From positions 1,102,362-1,160,832 of the forward strand of contig NMRA01000055.1 in NCBI GenBank assembly GCA_002633005.1: a DNA stretch of 58,471 nt, written 5' to 3'. Shown here one piece after another: positions 1 to 13,900 of the stretch. The first letter of the stretch is position 1. Each line of letters begins with the position of its first letter. The notes under the pieces were generated by a model. It saw nothing but the letters and a program-made list of their open reading frames with translations. It was not told the origin of the DNA and made no database searches. Source of the DNA: Phoronis australis (lineage: Eukaryota > Animalia > Phoronida). Both the position numbers and the translations under genes were made by a program.

Positions 1-3000
1 TAGCTTCTCCCACAACAAGACTCGTGCAGTGCCTCCACGCGGCAACACATGGACTGGGTTTACTCAGACTAAACTGTGCGGGATCGGGTTGGGGAAGAGG
101 GTTTTCTGTCTTTAGCAGCCGTTGTTGTTTCGAACGATATGAGATGCCGAAAACTTTGTTGGAAGCATTCTCTGTTCTCGGGTGATTGATCAGTGGCTCT
201 AGAGTGGGAGGCCTCTCTAACCCTTTGGAGCGTCTGGTCAGGAGTATCTTGACTTTGACCTCTTCGGGTCCGATTGATACCCCTTGTCTCCGGTCAGGTG
301 ACACGGGAACCCTTGATACTAGACTAATAACATGGTTCTTGAGTCTTAAGCCATTTGCGGCTGGTGGTAAACAACACAGAACTTTGCATATCAAGTAATC
401 TTGGGCAAACCGCGGTGGACGGAGTAGCGCCTGTTGCACTAGGTACATTTTTTATATCGACGTTTCTGATTGGCTGGTCGAATTCTCAACAGGCAGCGCT
501 TTAGGCAACCAAACTGGCACGATTGATGGACTCACATGTGGTCTGTTGTACAGACAAATTGGTGCTTAAAATTTATGTTCAGGAAATGTGAAGCCTAGAA
601 ATTGTGATTGTGACTTTTAGGAATGCATCTTTCTACTGTCGATGACTTTTGTTTCCGATAGTGTCCTGTATTCATACAGTATGAATAGCACATCGGTTAA
701 ATTGGTCAGATATGTGTTTATTGTACATGTACATGCATGTGCTTCGAGCACGCGGCTATTAAACATCACTGCAGAAAACGAAGTAGTTGCTGCAACGCCA
801 CTTGCATGATAAGACTAAAAATCGCTCACAGCCCGCCATTTTTTCACGGTGTTGTAAAGCTAACCATGACTGCCGAGGTTACATCGACCAATTCTAAAGC
901 ACGTGCCTGACTACGTGATACCTTCGTGCTGGCTGGGCTAACTAAGCTCGAAGCACTCGTCATTTAAGCCGATCTCGCCTAGCCCCTCGTGTAAAATACA
1001 TGGAACGAAATTAGTAGGCCTACAGAAAATGACGACTGTGTACCTACGCTTAGTTCTCAAGTGCTATTCGTTTTAACAACATAATTCTTCTTATTGTGTA
1101 ATATGTTATATTCTGGAACTTGCGTTTAATCTTACATTTTGGCCTTTTGGTTGGAAGTTATAAGTTGCCTTATGGAGACGAATCACAACATACCTTTTGT
1201 AAATTCTTACGCTCAGCTCGTACATGTACACAATGCGGTAAATTTTTATATTAATAAAAACTTTTCTGGCCTAGAAAGAAAATTCAAAGTTGTAAATTGC
1301 TTAGTTTTCCGCTAGAAACTTAGTAAAGTATGTACATTTTTTAAATAAATTTTAGTTTTTTTTGCCAACAGTCGACAGGCACGTAGTTTTATGTCATAAT
1401 GAGGTGTCATTAAAGGATAACGGTACTTGACCAAGCAGCCCAAGCAGCCCAAGCAGCTGGACTGAATTCTATGGGCTATTGTGTTCGCATTAGCTAACTC
1501 CAACCGTCGGGCAGGGTCCGTCATGAGTCCTAGTTTGCAGTTGACAAATCCATCATTAAAGCTAAAAGTTCGAGTTTGAACTCGAAATTTCGAGTTTTTA
1601 CTCGAGGTTGTAGAACGAATATAAGAGTTTTTAAGTACAATTTTGGACTAGAAACTCATATGCATAAACTATACTTATTCGAGCACAGTCTGATAACCAC
1701 TTATCTTGAATTCGCACAAAAGGAGCAGAGGTATTGCCAAAAACAATTTCGAGTTCGTTTCGAGCACAAAGATTAGAGACCTGGTCCTGGTTTTGGAATA
1801 CTGGAAATTCAAAGTAGTGAATTTTAGAAGATAACGAACCTTCAGAGTAATGGGCATTCGGAGTACTGCACCTTCGGAGTATTGAACCTTCGTCATAGTG
1901 ACACGGAATCTTGGAAATCTTTTCCATCAAGTTTGTAGCTCGTATGAAGTCTGCAGGGTTGTGCACCAATGACATCGACTAGAGAAGATTTTCATTGACC
2001 AAAGTTGAGGTCTACGCCTACTTTTCCATCATAACGTGAATATGCTCAACGGTGTGTTCTCAGTACAAGAAAACACGGTAGTTGAATGTCTGGTTTTTTA
2101 GCACGACGGAATCCTGCCTATGATGAACTTACCGTCAGCGTGTACTGAATTTAAAAGAACAGAAACATTCAAACGTGTACAGGCATTCATGTCAATCCAC
2201 CAATCCACAATCAAAGTGGACACTGAATGAACAACATATTTGGATTTTTGACGATCACCTTCAATTCAAAATTTGAAAATGCCTACCCCTTTACCGTACT
2301 GTGCTTGCAATTAAAACCAAAATAGCAGAATAATAAATCTCAAATTTCTGCTGCTTTGTTTCTTGGCCGAGTTTAAGGCATTTACACCGCACTATTTTTT
2401 GGGAACTCTCTCAATGCTATTTACAAAATATGTAGCTTACTATGGTCGTAGGGTTAGACTTTTATACTTAGGTATAGACATTCACATTTCGACTCACTTG
2501 TCAGTGGCGGATCTACGGGGGGGTTCAGGGGGTTTAAGTCCCCCCTCGGCCAGGACCCAAAAAATAGACAAAAAACAAAAACGTCTTCAGCAAAACAAAA
2601 ACGGCACNGGGGGGGTTCACTCTGAAAATATTTTTTTTACATTGTGAATTGCTGTTATGAAAATCAACGCGTTTCGAGTCTTCGTGGCTTGTCTGCAAAA
2701 CCCCGGAGATCAATTGTGCGCGCGCTTCCGACGACACTTCTGAAGTAGCAAAGCATTTTAGATGGATCCATCACTGAAAGAGCAACACCATAGCTGATTT
2801 CTTTAGATGACTAGTTTCTTTACTCTAAGATATGTTTTGATTTGATTAGTGGAAATACTGTGGTGCCGCAATCCTGATATTCAGGCGAATTGACGTGCAA
2901 CCTTTTTTACCTCATCTGTCATGCCATGTCATCCTATTACACCCCTCATGTTTGTAACTCGAATTTGACTGATGTATAGTAAAGTTGTCTTGCACAATAT

Positions 3001-4180
3001 CATACAGTGTACATGTACAGGTAATACTTGAAAAAAAACTCGTTTTCCGAAGAATTGCTATTGTGGCCTGCGCCGTGGTCTGGTCGCGAGTCTGTTTGAA
3101 GATGCACTCTAACAAGTTATGTCTATACAAAGAATGACCAAGGGGGCACTCACATTGACAAAGTGACCGCATTCTCGAACAGTGTACAGTACCAGAAATT
3201 GCGGGGAGGCTGTAGTTTCACAACAAAGTCTTGAGGGAGTCGTGCGATGTTCAACGGGCCTCCTAAGGAGCCCTAGTGCCGACGTCAACACCTACCGTCT
3301 TTCTACCCGCAATAAGCACCACTGCCGTTTTATATACTGGGAATTTCCGCAGAAAGGCCCACCCGAAGAAATGCCCATGCCCATGGGCATTTATTTGATG
3401 TACAGTTAGTACTTCGGGTTTCAAGCGTTTAGTCATTGGGACGTTTATTTCGAAAATTGCAAGAGATACAAATGCTTCATATCCAAAATCTTATTTCACG
3501 TAGTGCGTAGTTAAATCTGTACTCAATACTTGTTTCTTACAGAACGGTGCGAAAACCCTTCCTAGACAACCTCTCGCAGCAACTGACCACCAGATGTATG
3601 AACTACACGTATGAGCATCCACTGGGGATTAACAAGTGTCTAGAGAGAAGTTTTCAATTCAAAACTTTTTGCAAAGTACGCTTTAGGTCTCGCGACATAC
3701 CAGGCCAGCTTGATTTGTGTAGATATCGAGTTTCAGTGTACTTCTGATCCCTCGGCGAACTAGACTTGTGATGTTTTTTACCAAAGTGTGCTTTGTAAAA
3801 CTATTTATCTCAGTCAGTACTGTTTGGTCCTGCGACAGATCGACTATTTTTATAGGGATAACAACCACAGGTGTACTTTTGGTCTCGTGACGGACCAGGC
3901 CAGAGCTTTTGTGTACTCTCAGTGTACATCTGGTCCCTCTGCGAACTGCTCCTGTATATCTTTTCACCACGGTGTAGGCCTACAGAGTGTTTTGGTTTCG
4001 TGAATCTGTTTTCAGATGATTTGACGTTTTTCAATTGTTGTCAACTTGATTCATAGTCCAGTCATTCTACGGATAACCCGGAAAAAATTGCAACAGGTTT
4101 TATTACATCAATCGTATCCTGTCAAGCCCCTTATTGGGAAAAAAAATCTACCGGAATCGGAGTGGCGGAAGTTGGTTTTT

Positions 4181-4825
4181 CAAGATGGCGGACAAAATGG
4201 CCGCCAGATTTTCTGATACGCACTATAACTCAAGAGTGGAATGTGATAGAGTAAAAATTCAAAAAGGTTTAACTATGCTTTGTGGGTCAAAAAATCCATT
4301 GGAAATGGTTTTACATTGCTGTGGTGACACCGTCCGCCATTTTCCAAGATGGCCACCAAATCTACTTGAGTCGCACAACTTTACCCGAACAGATTAGTGT
4401 GTCGTCTTGCTTCAAACATCGCATCCTAGGTTTTCTGGGTTGACTAATCCATTGAGACTCATTGCATTTGGCACTAATGATTACTTCCACCATTTCCAGG
4501 ATGGCGGACAAAATGGCCCCCAGATTTGCAGATGATCATTATAACTCGAGAGTGGAATGTGATAGAGTAAAAATTCAAAGATGTTTACCTATCTTTTTTG
4601 GGTCAGCAAATCCATTGGAAAAGTTTTGCATGGCCGTGGTGACACCATCAGCCATTTTCCAAGATGGCCTTCAAAACTATTTCGAATTGCACAACTTCGC
4701 ACAAACAGATTAGTGTATCGTCTTGCTTCAAGTATCATATGTTTTCTGGGTCGACTAATCCATTTAGACTCATTGCGTTTGGCTCTAATGATTACTTCCA
4801 CCATTTTCTAAGATGGCCACCAAAT
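4181..4825. repeat. Academ subterminal tandem duplication (~320-bp unit x2) rich in AAGATGGC motifs
   Basis: 4181-4500 and ~4497-4825 share long blocks such as ataactc(a/g)agagtggaatgtgatagagtaaaaattcaaa and gactaatccatt(g/t)agactcattgc. Confidence 0.85.
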
Positions 4826-5449
4826 AGTTGCTTCGTGTAAGAACTTCCGATTCCAGAGACACGCCATATCCTGAGTTTTTTAAGTCAACACATCCGTTAC
4901 AATATTTTTTGTCTAGCTCTTGATGATTACGACTACCATTTTCAAAATGGTTTAACGAATAACTTATTTGTGTAAAAAACATCAGGTTTGCCTGAACTGA
5001 AGGATCATTCTCCTCCTGAAAAAATGTGCTGTGAACTTCAGTTCCAACCACCCCACACAGTCTTCGAACACGAGAGACATCTTTAGTTGATGGTCCATCT
5101 CAGTAACCATCAGAAACAACAATAGGCTGGGTGCACTTGCTGATGTAATTCACATAACCTCTACCAAATGAGTGATACGTTCTACAGTACTTCTAGGCCA
5201 TGGAATACGGTGAAGGAGAGAACCGCCGTCGATTACATGCATCACCGAGTTTTCTGGAAATTGAAATCCTCAGGTAGTCCTCCACTGCACCAGAGTGCAT
5301 CAGCTCATATTGATTTATTAGCGACTCAAATGTATCAAAAAGAACAGGGGCACCAGCACACAGCTCAAACTTCAAAAGGCTTGATGAACTTTCGCTGTTG
5401 TCTTTTGCAGCTGTCAGGATTAACTGAAATAGCAGTCGTGGATCCACTT

Positions 5450-6810
5450 GTGTAAAATTACTATTAGCAGCATGAATTCAACAATGCTGCGGATGTCTTT
5501 GTCGTCACGCGACTGTCTTGCCTGGGTACATTCTTTATGCTTCTGACTTGTTTCACAACTTAAGTTTGTCACAGTCTGCATGGCACCATTTATACTTTTG
5601 CATGCCGGCAAGGAAAGTAGCCACACTGCACTCTGTGTATCTCCCATTTCGAAACCTCAAGTTAAACCTCTTGTTGTTTTTTAAAACATTAAAATGCTTT
5701 TCATGAGCATTTGTTCAATTACAAGGTCTTACATGTATCTCATTATGACAAGCCTGTCCAGAATCTGTCACTTTGTCTTATGGTTTGGTGGCCGTAGACG
5801 TCTGGACGGGTGTCTTTGAGTCGCTACCTCTGCTTCAGTCAAGTATATGTATGAAGATTTTGCATAAGAGTTGTGACCAGCAGCGGCAAAGTAAGGCAGC
5901 ATTTCAAAAACTACTTTTAGGTGAAGCTCCCAATCTGAGGTTATTTCTGCTTTTAAACAAGTCGAAGGATGTCAATCATCTTCATATACTGTAGTCAAAG
6001 AATAATGATTGGACTTTGCAAGGACAAGTCTAATTTATGTGCTTCGATTTTTATGGATACCTACAAGACCGTCGGACGAGCATACATCGCCGCACACAGT
6101 CGTCATGCCAGCAATAAGATCACCATACAGCTTCAGACCAGCTCTCACATCATCATGAAGAATATCATTGGCCATTGATTCTTCTGAAGAACTATTCTCT
6201 GTCACTGTGGATTCTGAAGACCTATACTCTGATTCAGTCGTTTTTGAATATACCAATGTCAGTAGGTCGGAAACCAGAAGTGAACTCTCGTGAGGGTATT
6301 CCACTGTAATCCAAGGTTCAGAATCGGAAGACACTGGCTGGGCATGGCATGTCCCATGGTATACATCTAGTTATGTGATCAGTTGGGATGTCTGAGATGT
6401 CTGAAGAATCTGTCTCCATATTCTTACGAGCCAAAATTTGTGTACAAGCATTGAACTGCTCCACCTCTTGGCATGTAATCTGTGTGGTCTGTGTTGGTGA
6501 CATTCCAGACTCCTGGAATTTGTGAAGAACCTGGATTTATTTCTCATTGGTTTTGGATTGGCGTTACTTGATGTGTCAATATTTGGAAGTGGGATGTTGA
6601 ATGTTCTGGCTTTTATGATAGCATTCAGTGCTGAGTCTACTAACATATGCCCCCTCACTGCTCTATCCACAATTTTCCATTTAACATAAGGATCACACTG
6701 TTTGATGCATACACCGTCTCAAGAACTCCTTGAAGCCCTGTGCTTGACATTACCTATCCAATACATTCAGAAAGCTCATCTCAGTATGAAATCTTCCAAG
6801 CCTGGCTAAG
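5450..6810 (-). pseudogene. Academ transposase remnants (stops/frameshifts)
   Basis: ORF 6371-6670 (DRAVRGHMLVDSALNA). Upstream revcomp ~6700-6810 reads RLGRFHTEMSFL..STGLQGVLETVYASNSV. ~5845-5905 reads MLPYFAAAGHNSYAKSSYIY. Boundaries approximate. Confidence 0.75.
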
Positions 6811-9299
6811 AACAAGTGACTGCAGATCACTATCGTTTTGTTTGCAGGCACTAATTTCTGATAAAATCAGTTGCCTATGTTCATAAAAAGCATGCATATT
6901 AACCAAATTGTGGGTCTTAACTATTGAAATTTAATTAATAACTTTTTTGTTACACAAGCCTATTTGCTTTTCATCAAATTCAGGTGAAATCAGCAGCCAT
7001 ATCTCAATATATGCCAGCAGCAGACGAAATCGATGCTTGTGAACAACTAATAATATCTCCAATAGCAGAGAAAGAAGCCACTTCCTGCCCAATTTTAATA
7101 AGGGTTTGTATAATGAATAAGCCAATAACTCCACCAGAAGAAAACATATTTTTCTAACAAATATTATTTTTGATACCTCAAATGAATATATTTTACAGAA
7201 AAATAATTGAGTTTGTGAAATTTATAATGAAAATTTAACTAAAACCTTTTCTGAAAAACACACCAATTTTTATGTTATATAATCTAAAATGTGATTAAAA
7301 TTCCACATTTAGTATATAAATCTTAAAAACAAATTATAGAAACAGTCAACTCATTAACCCTGACTGTAGATTGTAAGATGTTTTTGTGCAAATGCGTATC
7401 CGGTTACAAACAAAGTTTGCAGAACGTAAATGCGGTAAATTGGGGTTTGTGACTTGGCAGCCATTTTGGTGGCCATTTTGTCACCCATCTTGATTTTTTT
7501 CTCGCAAACCAGTGACCAATTGTAAGGTCCAGATATTTTAAATTGTCTAACTTACAAAAGAATAAAACTATTGCCATTTTCAGGGCCAAATATAAAAAGA
7601 AATCTTGCAACATGTACCAAATTGCCCTTTCGGCCGTCATTTTGTCGGCCATATTGGTTTTATTTTACGGAAAATTGGCATCTTTTGATTGCTATGCCTG
7701 TTATGAAAAGTATATAATCAATGACAAACTGTATTGTTTTATTTTTAGCTGTTTCATAAGAGTAATATGCCAGAAAACAGTAATCACCGGTTTTGTCGGC
7801 CATTTTTTCCGCCATCTTGAAAAACCGACTTCCGCCACTCCGATGTCGGTAGATTTTTTTTCTGACACCAAGAGATGTTCGAAGATGCCATTTATGCAAA
7901 AAAAAACCCCTTCTGTTGCAATTTTTTTAAGTTGGGCCCTCTGGAGCCCTAGAATGACTGGACTATCAGCTTAATAAAGTGATACTTAATTGTTTTTGTC
8001 GCTTTTAATGATAGACTGTGAGCTTAGAGCACCATCGTTCGCCAGTTTTTCTCGTAACGAGACAGAACACATGTTCATTTCCGGACTAACAGTGCAGGTC
8101 TGGTTCGCTCTTAAACAGCTTGAGGCTGTTGCGATCATCTGATATTCAAGTTTTTACGCCTCGTCGGTGCTCCTTATGCTCTTGAATATTTGGTAGTTGT
8201 CTAAACCCCTGTATACACACCACACTTTTTCGTACGCTAAAAAGGTGCGTGTAAGCAGATGTTCCAACAAAAATGTTTGTTGGTGTTGTGACTCATACCC
8301 AGATGTACACAAATATGGTTTCACGAAACTTATGAGCAAAGTTCATGTGACAAAATCGAGAAGGGCTTTTAATTATCTTAAGAAAAACTCCAGGGACATG
8401 TTAAGCGCCAGAAACGTACCAGGATGCATGGAAATATCATTGTTTAGCAACAAAAACAAAAAGTTATCTTACACGGGAGGGTGGTTACCCCACTCCTGAC
8501 CTCCTCACCCCCGCTCGGCGCCACGCGCCTCGGATTCGACCTTTGCGGGAACCCTAACCCCCCCTTACTGAAAATGTAGATCCGCCACTGCTTGTTACCC
8601 TTTGGTGTAGCCACCACGCGCGTGGTTTATGAATAACATAAAGCCTCCTCTTATCATATGCACGATCCTGTCATCTACACAAACAGCGGCACCCGATCGA
8701 GTACGACCCGATGACACGTGAAGCGCTTTGAATCAGAGGCAAATTCAAAATTATCACTAACTTAGTTACATGCATCATTGTAGTTAGTAACACCAGTAGC
8801 TGCAACAATTTTGTTGTTATTATCCATTGGTATCCAATGTTTAAGGAATGCTGGGGTTGGACCTTTTCGGCGGGGGAGGGGTTCGATGGACCCCCCCACG
8901 GCTACAGGCATATCAAAGGTGAAGCATAAACTAGAATCTTTATTTAATTCAACTGCAAACCTCTCCCCCAATGTGGATGCCCGGGGCCATCGCCACGGTG
9001 ACTGAGCACCATAAATAAAGTCTCTATGAATAATTAATTCGAGTGTGTTTTATAATCACTATAAAGACAAAAAGCGAATAGTTCCATTGCCCGCATACTT
9101 GTGTCGTGCAAATGAAATGATTGTCAATCTCACTGAAAAACTATCAGGACACGTTATACACACGAACTTTGAATAACATGTTCGCAACATGAACGTTACA
9201 GCTTTGATAGTTTCCACGAAATCTAACACGGTCGTACGTACTCAATATCAGTTGCCGCAGAGGTGTTTTCAGCCTTTTTGGAGAACACCACATCAAACA

Positions 9300-10944
9300 T
9301 AAAAATACGGACTGTTCCAGAGAGAGGTCAACAGCCGATCTACTGAAGTTCTTCCTCGTACGTAGCACTGAGAATGCACCGTTTTCCAGCACTTTACGTA
9401 AAACAATGTTCCCCATCTGGCGTAGTTTGGGCGGTTCTGGGCAAAGTATACATCTAGCATAGCCGGGAAAATGTTAATACAGTCACTGACGTCATTGTTC
9501 TTGACGCATCTCTGGAGTTCTCTGTAGTGGGTTAGGTTTACTATAAAGATGGAGACTGCCCAAAACTGATTAGTTTTGCCAAATTTGTCATTAATCACTG
9601 GGTGAAATGGAGGTAGTTGGCGCGCATACATAACGCAGAAGACAACAAAATACGGCATTTTGGTTATTATTCGTTTTAGCAGTTGCATCAAATGAAAACA
9701 GAGGGACGCATCTTAGACTGGTAAAATAAGGCAACGAAAAATCGAAATTCGTGCAAACACAATGTGCTATTTAAAAGTGAATCATGTGGAGTATTCCGCT
9801 GTTTTCGCATGGACTTGTGAGGTCGCTGTAACATCAGGTGCGATGTTTCTGGTTTTCATGCCATGACGTAAGCTTGCTGACAAAAATCTTTCACCTTGTG
9901 TTGTAACCTATGTCGTACGGACTCAGTGGCTTTATTAAAAATCGAAGTGCCTGGTTCCTGATTGTGATGCTTATTCAGCGTGAATGGGCTTATAATCAAT
10001 TTTGTTTCGACTCTTTATTTGTCTGATTGGGGCATCTTACTGTTGTGCCACGTGCATGTGATGCTGAACATCGGACGATTGATTTCAAACGGTTACCTCG
10101 TGGGTTGATTTAGCTCAACTCAGGTACTTGGGTGTGTCTGGCGGGGATAACCCACCACTAGATTTGTTTGGCAGTATTTATTCTTGATACGTGGGCTTAC
10201 GGCGAATATTTTGCAACTGGTTTCATGCGGTTAGTCTTGGGTTGATCTAGCTCAACTCAGGTCTTTGGGCGTGTCTGGAGGGGATAACCCACCACTAGAT
10301 TTGGCTGGCAGTGTTTATTCGTGATACCTGGGCTCACGGTGAATATTTTGGAACTGGTTTTAAGCGGTTAGCTCCTGGGTTGATCTAGCTCAATTTTTAA
10401 CCCTTTTTGATAATCGTCTGGCAGGGGCAACCCACCACTGAAAATGTCTGGCATCTAACAGCTGTGCCATGTACAGTGATGCTGAACATAGGTTTCAAAC
10501 GGTTAACTGGTGGGTTGATCTAGCTCAACTCGGCTATTTGGGCGTGTCTGGCGGGACTAACCCACCACTAGATTTGTTTGTCAGTGTTCATTCGTGTTAC
10601 CTGGGCTCACGGTGAATATTTTGAAACGCGGTTACCTCTTGGATTGATCTAGCTCAATTTTTGCACCTTGTTTATAACCGTCTGTCTGATACTCCCCACC
10701 ACTGAAATTGTCTGCCAATGACCAATTTTACGTAGGAGGTATCCAAGGCGGTTTGAAGTAGTTACCAGAAAAATTGATCTAGCTCAAATTTTGAGTGTCA
10801 TTCTCTTGGCTCCCCCGACCACACCCACCAAAGCGAACCTGCCATAAGTCCAGTTCCAAGCATTAGGATACCCATAGAGCACTGTGGCACCAAAGAAAAT
10901 TGGTTACCTTTTCATGCATAAAAAAGCTCTGGGATCCCAGTCTA
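9300..10944 (-). mobile_element. Second Academ-family fragment (transposase remnant plus one terminus)
   Basis: Minus-strand ORFs 9293-9691 and 9144-9416 give FPAMLDVYFAQNRPNYARWGTLF and GAFSVLRTRKNFSRSAVDLSLEQ, Academ-type transposase motifs. A subterminal repeat array follows, ending at CAGTCTA (10944; TAG.. on minus). The other terminus was not found. Confidence 0.55.
10088..10800. repeat. Tandem array, ~135-bp unit, ~5-6 diverged copies
   Basis: Recurrent ggttgat(c/t)tagctcaa ... acccaccactaga at ~10103, 10240, 10378, 10513, 10641 and 10773. Confidence 0.9.
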
Positions 10945-13900
10945 TTGTTAGTTTCAAAGATCTCCGTAGGTTATCTCAACAGTACTTAGTGCATGTTTTG
11001 CTCATCCAGTGAAGTGTAGTATCTACTGTATACTGAAGAGTTTATCATTGCTAGTGCCTGTGTCCCTTATTGCTTTTCCCATAGAATGAACAACTAGTCA
11101 TTTTAACGTTTGAAATTCTCATGTACAATATATATTACACTATTCGGAAATCTTACTGTTATTTTCATTTCGAAAGCACTAATCTGAAGAGTGGCCTACT
11201 AGTTATGTAGAATGCACACAATGCATTGTTAAAGCGAGGTGATCGTATGCCGCTGGGTTTTTGTTTTCTTACTCTTTGTGAACGCAGTGCCTGTAACTCG
11301 CATTTATTCCTAAGTTTATGCAATCATTTTGAATTATAAAACATGAAACCCTGGGAACCGGTGGGGCAGTTAAACTTGGACATCGTCAATATATACGTGT
11401 CATTTGAAGTAGTAGCCCGTTGTAGAGGGCCACGACCAAAAATATGGGTACACATCACATGTTTAACCACAAAAAACAAGTGAAAGAGTTACTTTTTCAG
11501 GCAAGCGACGCGTTGCGCGCATTGGTTGTTTTTGTCCGTTTTAGGTGGCAAGTGGCGCTTTTTCTCTGACGATTTCGCTGAGGTATGTTTCAGAAAATCG
11601 TACTGTAAGTCATTTTTTTCTGTGCCTGTGAATTTAGGTATGCAGCAACTGAAAAAATGGATAAATCACGTCATTTTAAATCTCCATATCGCTCCGTTAT
11701 GGCCACTTCGAGTTGGATGGATTTTGGCTCTTTCAAACACTCCACCATGCTCTATTTTTGAAGTTCTTTAACGAAAACGCGTACCAGGATTTTAAGGTTC
11801 GTGCCCTCCCCCTCGAATTTTAGTTGGCAATTTTGACATGAAGATAATGGTGATATTTACGTGTTCCTTGACGATAATTCCATCAAGTCAAGTTTTGCCT
11901 AATTCAGCTTTTCATTCATTTTTATACCGTGTATGGTCGCTGGCAAAATATGATACCTCGGTTTTTGGCCATAACGCTAGTTATAGGAATCTGATTATGA
12001 GCGCGCAAGAGAAAACGGAACATATTTGCGACGTTTCGTTTACTCAAAGTTAATGAGCCTAAACGTCAGAGAATATTTGTTTTCTCTTTCTCGCTTATAA
12101 TGATTTTCAAGGGTTTCCGTTATTCATTTTTGGCAAGGTCGACGTTTTCTCGCAAAGCTACCGATTGGGTGATCAACTACGCACTTATTTGCTCTCCGTT
12201 TTAACGTTGATCATCGTCAATACTCCTCTAAAAATCGCGCATTGTCTTTGCGCAAACTACATTGAGATTTAAGTCTCCCGAGAAAAGTTGACGATCGGAC
12301 AGTGTTTAAAAGTCTAATTCTAAATTTCTCCAGTTAGTGCACCAATGAAGTAAACGAAAGTAGTTCTGCTTGTCGCGTCAGCTGTTGGTATCATCATCTC
12401 GATTTATGACCCACAACGCGTGACTGGACAAAGCCTTTTCAAATTAGTGTAGATAAGCCGGTGGAGCGTGACACCCCTGAGGTCCCAATCGAGCCCTCAA
12501 CACAACTCCGTGTTATGTCGTACCCCACAACACGAGAAAAATGTCTGGATGAACAACATGTTGTTGTCACGTGACGTTTGTTTTGAAGTTCGTCTGCGTA
12601 TGAGAGTGAGTGAGCGTGTGTGTGCGGGTCATCGACGACATACTTTTTTGTTACAAAAGGCGGAGGATTATGCAAGAAAATGGCGTTTACTAGATTGTTT
12701 TTCACTTAAACGGCTGCAATGTGCAAGGTGAGTGCTTGTTAACTCACAGATTTTGTGTGCACTGGCCGACGGTCGTTTAGCTCTACCGTGGAGTACTAAT
12801 AGTCCAAGTTTCGATCTACATGTTTGGGAAGAGGTGAACTACCCGGGCTGTGTGAAATTCTGGGTCTAACGGAGACACAGACGCAGGTGTCAGCCAGCTC
12901 ACTGTATCAAGACTATAGTCAAAATCCAAATTCGTTTTATCGTGTCCCTGTCAATAATAACGGCATGCTAAAGTTTCTTAATTTTCGTACTTCAGGAACA
13001 TAACAATCACGTGTTTTGTAGACATACGCGCACGTCGCAGATCACATCTCGGAAATTGCCGATTTGACGGATGACAATGAATGAGCACAATGAAATTAAA
13101 CAACGTCGTTTTACAGCTTGTAAGATTCATAATAAACGTATTTTGAATATTACAATGCATGTGTTCCAAAATCTAAATAACTTGGGTCCTATATTTTTGT
13201 ATTCGTGCGCGCCGAATAAAAGAAATCGTGAGTGTTGCTGTGTTGCAAAATCTCTTATCCTGGGCCGATTTGAAAAATTCAAAGTTGTACTCATATTTGT
13301 TTTCGCTCCTCTTTTCAAATATTACAGTAAAAACTACGTAAAACTCTCTGCATAAAAAGTACAGTCTGCTAGCTAGATTGTAATCAGCTGATCATATCCG
13401 CATGAGCGAAGCCAATTATCCTCGCTCGTGACTCGATAAACAGAGCAGCTTGGCGGCATCCCTTTGATCGTGAGCCGAGCGCGATTGACAGGATTTCAAA
13501 GGACTTCAAAGCATTGTACGTGACCCATTACAGTCAACCCTTTAAATTTGTCAAGCTTTATTTTGTGGGAAATAGGATCCATTTTTGGTGGTTTTGTACT
13601 GAAAAAGCTGTCGACTTGTAGCTAAAATATACCATGGTAAGGGTTCCACAATGCACTTCAAATGGAATAGCAATTATCATGGACACTATACAATACGAAT
13701 CTTTGCAAAAGCGGGAGCCTCATACTTTGAGCTAAGATGAAGATGCACTCAAGTGTACGAATGTATGTGTTACACGTCTTGCATTGTAAATGAAGAACGA
13801 AACTAAAAGTAGAGAGCAACTTGTAAAGGAATAGAAACTAAAGCAACAGAGGTAAACAAGCTGTCAACCATTCGCTGCCAAAATATAAGACAAAACTTGT

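Larger units (their letters stand above)
4054..7965 (-). mobile_element. Academ-superfamily DNA transposon, decayed
   Basis: TIR TAGTCCAGTCATTCTA (4054-4069) / TAGAATGACTGGACTA (7950-7965) with 3-bp TSD TCA (4051-4053, 7966-7968). Imperfect inverted similarity extends ~150 bp inward. The minus strand holds frameshifted transposase motifs RLGRFHTEMSFL..., RAVRGHMLVDSALNA and MLPYFAAAGHNSYAKS. Confidence 0.85.
2502..8590. mobile_element. hAT-like DNA transposon (degenerate/non-autonomous), carrying a nested Academ element
   Basis: Perfect 15-bp terminal inverted repeat CAGTGGCGGATCTAC (2502-2516) / GTAGATCCGCCACTG (8576-8590), flanked by the direct repeat CTTGT (2497-2501 and 8591-8595). CAG..CTG termini of this type are typical of hAT elements. 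No intact transposase recognised. Confidence 0.7.

Noticed and set aside
1-2400. Short ORFs and tcgag-rich patches at the window start
   Set aside because: No recognisable protein motif, TIR pair or TSD could be established.
4134-4811. Similar short ORFs (MADKMA...) suggesting a peptide gene family, also at 7404-7899
   Set aside because: They are translations of Academ subterminal repeats (AAGATGGCGGACAAAATGG).
10088-10800. Regularly spaced conserved motifs resembling a CRISPR array
   Set aside because: The intervening sequences are homologous to each other (whole-unit tandem repeat), there are no cas genes, and the context is eukaryotic.
11229-13545. Possible TTAA-flanked Kolobok-like non-autonomous element
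   Set aside because: The putative TIRs match too poorly to set boundaries by eye.
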